Shown here: positions 60,557 to 64,000 of the stretch, piece by piece
Numbering within the stretch: position 1 is the stretch's first letter
How the letters are laid out: every line of letters begins with the position of its first letter
Assembly (NCBI RefSeq): GCF_947503465.1
Contig: NZ_CANNDN010000006.1
Location: 8,857 to 72,856 of the forward strand
Direction: 5' to 3'
Source of the DNA: an uncultured Tateyamaria sp.
Lineage (GTDB): Bacteria > Pseudomonadota > Alphaproteobacteria > Rhodobacterales > Rhodobacteraceae
Length of the DNA stretch: 64,000 nucleotides
Position numbers and translations under genes: made by a program
The notes under the pieces: model-generated
Databases searched by the model: none
Told to the model about the DNA's origin: nothing
The model's input: the letters and a program-made list of their open reading frames with translations, nothing else

Positions 60557-61429
60557 ATGGACTGGTCGCAGATCAAATCGTGGCCCAATTCCAACCTGTC
60601 CCGGCGGGGACACGGACCTGTGCATCGCTGGCATATTCAGGAGGCAGGCGCAGGCAAGACGGTCCTCATGCTGCATGGCGCGGGCGGGTCGACGCATTCC
60701 TATCGCGGCCTGATCCCGACGCTCGCCCAGGACTTTCGTGTGATCGCGCTGGACTTGCCCGGACATGGGTTCACCCAGTTGGGCGCCCGGCACCGGTGCG
60801 GCCTGGATGCGATGGCCGAGGATGTGAAAAAGCTGTGCGACCACGAAGGCTGGACACCGGACGCGATTGTCGGGCATTCGGCAGGCGGTGCGGTGGCGCT
60901 GCGCCTTGCGGAAAGCGATCTGTCCCCGCGGGGACAAACGCCACTGGTGATCGGGATCAACGCCGCGACCGAGCAGTTCAAGGGCATCGCAGGGCTGCTG
61001 TTTCCCGTCATGGCAAAGGCCCTGGCCGCCGTCCCGTTCACGGCCTCGCTGTTCTCGGGCGCGTCCGCCAGCCCTGACCGGATCAAGGCCCTGATCGGTT
61101 CAACAGGGTCTGTTCTGGATGCCGAAGGGTTGGACCTGTACCGGCGGCTGGTGGGCGACCGGAACCATGTGGACGGAACCCTGCTGATGATGGCGCAATG
61201 GAAGTTGAACCCGTTGCTTGCCCGCCTGCCGGATCATCCTGCGCGGGTGCATCTGCTGGTTGGAGACAAGGACACAACCGTGCCGCCGGCGGTGTCGCGA
61301 AATGCGGCGGCACGCATGCGGGATGCCACCGTGCACATGCTGGATGGCCTGGGGCATCTGGCCCATGAAGAACAGCCCTTCGAGACCGCGCGCATGATCC
61401 GCGATATCATCCGGGACGCGCTGCGATAG
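60557..61429 (+). CDS. bchO: alpha/beta hydrolase BchO
   Basis: 290 aa. HGAGGSTHS and GHSAGG motifs. Canonical position after bchD. Confidence 0.8.
   Translation: MDWSQIKSWPNSNLSRRGHGPVHRWHIQEAGAGKTVLMLHGAGGSTHSYRGLIPTLAQDFRVIALDLPGHGFTQLGARHRCGLDAMAEDVKKLCDHEGWTPDAIVGHSAGGAVALRLAESDLSPRGQTPLVIGINAATEQFKGIAGLLFPVMAKALAAVPFTASLFSGASASPDRIKALIGSTGSVLDAEGLDLYRRLVGDRNHVDGTLLMMAQWKLNPLLARLPDHPARVHLLVGDKDTTVPPAVSRNAAARMRDATVHMLDGLGHLAHEEQPFETARMIRDIIRDALR
60597..60612. repeat. 16-bp palindrome, 15/16 (TGTCCCGGCGGGGACA), inside the bchO N-terminus
   Basis: One mismatch at position 7. Read as L-S-R-R-G-H. Confidence 0.8.
60911..60926. repeat. 16-bp palindrome, perfect, inside bchO
   Basis: Exact match. 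Read as L-S-P-R-G-Q. Shares the left flank AGCGATC with the copy at 61435. Confidence 0.9.
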
Positions 61430-61434
61430 CGATC

Positions 61435-61450
61435 TGTCCCCGCGGGGACA
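61435..61450. repeat. 16-bp palindrome, perfect, 5 nt after the bchO stop
   Basis: Exact match, intergenic. Confidence 0.9.
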
Positions 61451-61464
61451 CCCAGTTTTTGTCC

Positions 61465-61497
61465 ACAAAAAAGCCCGCCAGATCGGCGGGCTTTTGC
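61465..61497. terminator. bidirectional intrinsic terminator between convergent bchO and parB
   Basis: ACAAAAAAGCCCGCC-agatc-GGCGGGCTTTTGCA: a 9-bp GC-rich stem with an A-tract on one side and a T-tract on the other. Confidence 0.75.
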
Positions 61498-61500
61498 ATT

Positions 61501-61516
61501 TGTCCCCGCGGGGACA
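61501..61516. repeat. 16-bp palindrome, perfect, 2 nt from the parB stop
   Basis: Exact match, intergenic. Together with the 61435 copy it brackets the terminator hairpin. Confidence 0.9.
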
Positions 61517-61518
61517 GA

Positions 61519-62571
61519 TCACAGATCAAGCTGATCCAGCAGGGCGCGCACCGCCGCTTCGAGCTTGCGCGGATCGAGGGAACCGAAGTCGCGGTTCATC
61601 TGCAATTCGATTTTGCCCTTTGCGCCGATGACCTTCACCGCGCCGGCCTTGCGGTTCAGCTTGATCGTCGTCTTGGACGAGGTTGAGGGCGCGGCCTGTT
61701 CGCTCACCGGTTTGGGGGCCACGACCTTGTTCAGCACGGCCAGCTCGGCCACGGCGTCGTTGGGCTTTTGATGTTCCAGCAGCACGTTCAACTGCTGGGC
61801 TGTGCGCGGCTGTTCTTCGAGCGCCTTGATCAGCTTGAGACCAAGCGCGCGGGGGATCGCTTCGGGGTATTGCAGCCGGTGGCCCAATTGATCCATCAAG
61901 AGACTGAAACTGCCTATGTAGTGACGCTTTTGCCGTCCGGCAGACGCAAAGAGAACCGCGATGGCATCGTTCAATTCAAGATCCATCTGACGGGCGTAGC
62001 TGGACGCCAGCTGGCCCATCTCGGCGAAGGAGATATCGCGCCGGACCATGTTTTCGTCGACCATGCGGCGGTAGAGTTTTTCGAGTGCTTCGCCCTTGGC
62101 CACCAGCACGGCCGGGATGGCGGCGTATTTTTCGTCGCCCGTCTCTTCATACAGCGATTTATAGGCGCTGAGACGGCGGAAACCCTGGATCAACTCATAC
62201 CCTTCGCCGGTGTCCTCGACCTGGATCGGGTTCGACAGTCCCAGATCGCGGATCGAAGTTTTCAACTCTTCAAGGTCCGGGTCGCGATTGGTGCTGCGGT
62301 CGCGCGTCAGCTTTTTCATCGCCACGTCCCCAAGGGGAACGCGGGCCACAATCGCGCCATCCCTTTTTAGAGACACATATTCGTGGGCAAGCCGGTCATT
62401 CTCGGCGCGAATCTCCGCCTCTGCCGAGTGGCGTTCGCTGAGAGCCGTGGCGTTTTCCGAGATGGCGGCAGCCATGGGGCCACGGCGGGTTTCGGGGGCA
62501 GGGGCCTCGGCTGCGTCCTCGGGCCCTGCGCCCGGTTCAAAATCAATGTCGAATACGCGGCGTTTGCTCAT
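61519..62571 (-). CDS. parB: ParB/RepB-type plasmid partition protein
   Basis: 350 aa. ParB N-terminal domain (NPIQVEDTGEGYELIQGFRRLSAYK). ATGA overlap with parA. Confidence 0.85.
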   Translation of the reverse strand: MSKRRVFDIDFEPGAGPEDAAEAPAPETRRGPMAAAISENATALSERHSAEAEIRAENDRLAHEYVSLKRDGAIVARVPLGDVAMKKLTRDRSTNRDPDLEELKTSIRDLGLSNPIQVEDTGEGYELIQGFRRLSAYKSLYEETGDEKYAAIPAVLVAKGEALEKLYRRMVDENMVRRDISFAEMGQLASSYARQMDLELNDAIAVLFASAGRQKRHYIGSFSLLMDQLGHRLQYPEAIPRALGLKLIKALEEQPRTAQQLNVLLEHQKPNDAVAELAVLNKVVAPKPVSEQAAPSTSSKTTIKLNRKAGAVKVIGAKGKIELQMNRDFGSLDPRKLEAAVRALLDQLDL

Positions 62572-63872
62572 GCCTCATCCTCCAGTTGGTCCCAGGCTGT
62601 TCCCAGGTTCGTTTTGAATTCTTCATAAGCCCGGTCAAAGGACGCGCGGGCGCGGCGCCAGGTTTCGCGGGTCATGTCCCGGTAATCTATTTCGTAGATA
62701 CTGCTGAGGAATCGCCCTGACTGCTCGACGGCGCGGGTCATTTCGATCGGGTGTTCGCAGACGCGGTCGCCGAACACCTTTTGGAAGGCACCCTGCATGG
62801 CGCGATGCAATTCGTTGCCCGGCTCGAACCGGGTGAGCAGGAAGCGGAGGTCGAGGAAGGTCTTGGGCAAGGTCATTGTCCCCGCGGGGACAAGCCCGTT
62901 GAAGCGCGACAGATCTTCGAGCGCTTCGGACAATTGGCCGATGAAGGACGTGGTGGAATCGTATTCCCAGTAGCCGGGGCCGGAGGGGATGTAGAGCACG
63001 TCGGCGGCGAAGACCGCGTTCATGGACTGGTAGCCGATGGCGGGCGGGCAGTCGAACAGGATGAGGTCATAGGTGTCGGCCGCGATCTGGTCGAGGAAGC
63101 GCGAGACGGCGGCGAAGAAGGACCATTCGGGGTTGATGTGCCGGTATTGCGCGGAGGCAAATTCGACGAAGGCGGCGTTGGCGCAGCTTGGCACGATGTC
63201 GATCGTGGGCCAGTTCGTGGGCTTGATGAAGTCGCTGGCGCGCAGGTCATTGAGCCCCATGTCGGTGATTGCCGCAGGCAGCTTGCGTTGGGGCAGGGCG
63301 GTGCCTGATTCCGCGCCGCGCAGCGCGGAGTTCATGCGGTCCGTCTCGAACCCCAGATCGCGGGCCATGATGCCCCAGACGGTGTATTCCTCGGCCACGT
63401 CCGACAGGCCCATGGAGTGGCTGAGCGTGGCTTGCGGGTCGAAATCGACGCAGAGCACGCGGTAGCCGTCGAGGGCGGCGGCGTGGGCGAAGTGCAGCGC
63501 CGTGGTGGATTTGCCGGCGCCCCCCTTGAAGTTGGCGATGGCGGCGCGGATGGCGCGCTTGTTCACCGGGCGGTAGGGCATCATCGACTTGCGGTTCACC
63601 TTGATCCGGCGGCGCAACTCGTTGATTTCATCGAGGGAGTACCAGCGTTGGCGGCCGTCTTCCTCGACCGTGCCCTGGGGCAGGGAAGGGTCGGCGGCGA
63701 GGCGGCCGCGCAGGGTGGATTGGTTGGCCTTGAAGATCAGTTCCGCCACTTCCCAGCTTGAGAAACGGCGGAGGGTCTTTTCGCTTTCGGGCGAGTAGGT
63801 TTGCTGGCGGATGAACCCCTGCATCTTGAGGGATTGCGCCTGAAGCTGGGCGAGGTCTGTGTGCGTAAACAT
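62568..63872 (-). CDS. parA: ParA/RepA-type plasmid partition ATPase (long, type Ia-like)
   Basis: 434 aa. Deviant Walker A KGGAGKST with an N-terminal extension. Typical of RepA/ParA from alphaproteobacterial plasmids. Confidence 0.9.
   Translation of the reverse strand: MFTHTDLAQLQAQSLKMQGFIRQQTYSPESEKTLRRFSSWEVAELIFKANQSTLRGRLAADPSLPQGTVEEDGRQRWYSLDEINELRRRIKVNRKSMMPYRPVNKRAIRAAIANFKGGAGKSTTALHFAHAAALDGYRVLCVDFDPQATLSHSMGLSDVAEEYTVWGIMARDLGFETDRMNSALRGAESGTALPQRKLPAAITDMGLNDLRASDFIKPTNWPTIDIVPSCANAAFVEFASAQYRHINPEWSFFAAVSRFLDQIAADTYDLILFDCPPAIGYQSMNAVFAADVLYIPSGPGYWEYDSTTSFIGQLSEALEDLSRFNGLVPAGTMTLPKTFLDLRFLLTRFEPGNELHRAMQGAFQKVFGDRVCEHPIEMTRAVEQSGRFLSSIYEIDYRDMTRETWRRARASFDRAYEEFKTNLGTAWDQLEDEA
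62877..62892. repeat. 16-bp palindrome, perfect, inside parA
   Basis: Exact match. Read on the minus strand as L-V-P-A-G-T. Confidence 0.9.
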
Positions 63873-63888
63873 GCGCTGCCTGTTGATG

Positions 63889-63904
63889 TGTCCCCGCGGG
63901 GACA
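63889..63904. repeat. 16-bp palindrome, perfect, upstream of parA (16 nt between it and the start codon)
   Basis: Exact match in the putative parA promoter/operator region. Confidence 0.9.
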
Positions 63905-63914
63905 GGTGGTGTCT

Positions 63915-63930
63915 TGCCCCTGCGGGGGCA
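63915..63930. repeat. degenerate copy (TGCCCCTGCGGGGGCA, 13/16) upstream of parA
   Basis: Sits between two good copies with centre spacing of 26 and 23 bp. Taken alone, a 13/16 match would be borderline chance. Confidence 0.55.
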
Positions 63931-63937
63931 TCTTGTG

Positions 63938-63953
63938 TGTCCCCGCGGGGACG
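63938..63953. repeat. 16-bp palindrome, 15/16 (TGTCCCCGCGGGGACG), upstream of parA
   Basis: One mismatch at the last position. Confidence 0.8.
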
Positions 63954-64000
63954 CTTTTTCTGCTGGTTTCCAGATTTACGCCGATTTTGCGGAAAAAGCA

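Noticed and set aside
62325-62340. CGTCCCCAAGGGGAAC inside parB as a further degenerate palindrome copy (read as VPLGD).
   Set aside because: Only 11/16 positions match. It is suggestive because of its location and its own dyad symmetry, but not distinguishable from chance.
59359-63953. Palindrome array as a CRISPR locus.
   Set aside because: The repeat is only 16 bp. Spacing is irregular (24 bp to 1.4 kb). Most copies lie inside intact genes, and no cas genes are present.
59359-63953. Palindrome as a PpsR/CrtJ operator, because of its TGT...ACA ends.
   Set aside because: The spacer is N10, not N12. Copies lie mostly inside coding regions and around parAB, while bona fide TGT-N12-ACA boxes occur at the expected PGC promoters.

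Overview
High-GC alphaproteobacterial DNA that looks Rhodobacterales / roseobacter-like. Positions 1-28 kb hold the 3' end of dxs followed by an accessory-looking mix, mostly on the minus strand. It contains a TPR protein, hydrolases, an S58-type peptidase, cupins and copCD. It also contains a long chain of overlapping genes headed by a TetR regulator (peptide-type ABC importer, aldehyde dehydrogenase, two SDRs, GNAT, hydrolase). Further genes are panBC, a Doc and a VapBC toxin-antitoxin pair, an M20 peptidase, an MBL-fold/rhodanese pair, FAH, glpD and a frameshifted glpK. Positions 28.3-61.4 kb hold a large part of an aerobic-anoxygenic-type photosynthesis gene cluster (PGC). Its order is idi-bchP-pucC-bchG-ppsR-ppaA, divergent from bchFNBHLM-lhaA-puhABC-orf-acsF-puhE-hemA-cycA. 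An orphan opgG/D-like gene and a lower-GC LysE gene follow, then tspO-crtB-crtI divergent from crtA-bchIDO. No puf, bchCXYZ or crtCDEF genes are in the window. Only 89 bp after bchO lies a convergent plasmid-type partition operon (parB/repB-like and parA/repA-like) that runs to the window end. The strongest non-genic signal is a perfect 16-bp palindrome, TGTCCCCGCGGGGACA. It has 9 perfect, 2 one-mismatch and 1 degenerate copy, all confined to 59.36-63.95 kb. Copies lie upstream of parA, inside parA, on both sides of the bchO/parB terminator, and in frame inside bchD (4 copies) and bchO (2 copies). I interpret it as a candidate centromere (parS) array that extends into Mg-chelatase genes, or alternatively as a coding-tolerant palindromic element. 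Other signals are a dispersed stop-codon-proximal ~33-bp repeat family (8 copies, several at PGC operon junctions), REP-like GTAGGGTGGGCA hairpins, five TGT-N12-ACA PpsR-type boxes and a triple TetR-type operator. There are also a 20% GC patch inside bchD, a homopolymer frameshift in glpK and a Doc toxin without a canonical start codon. All calls come from reading the sequence and ORF track by eye. No searches were run.
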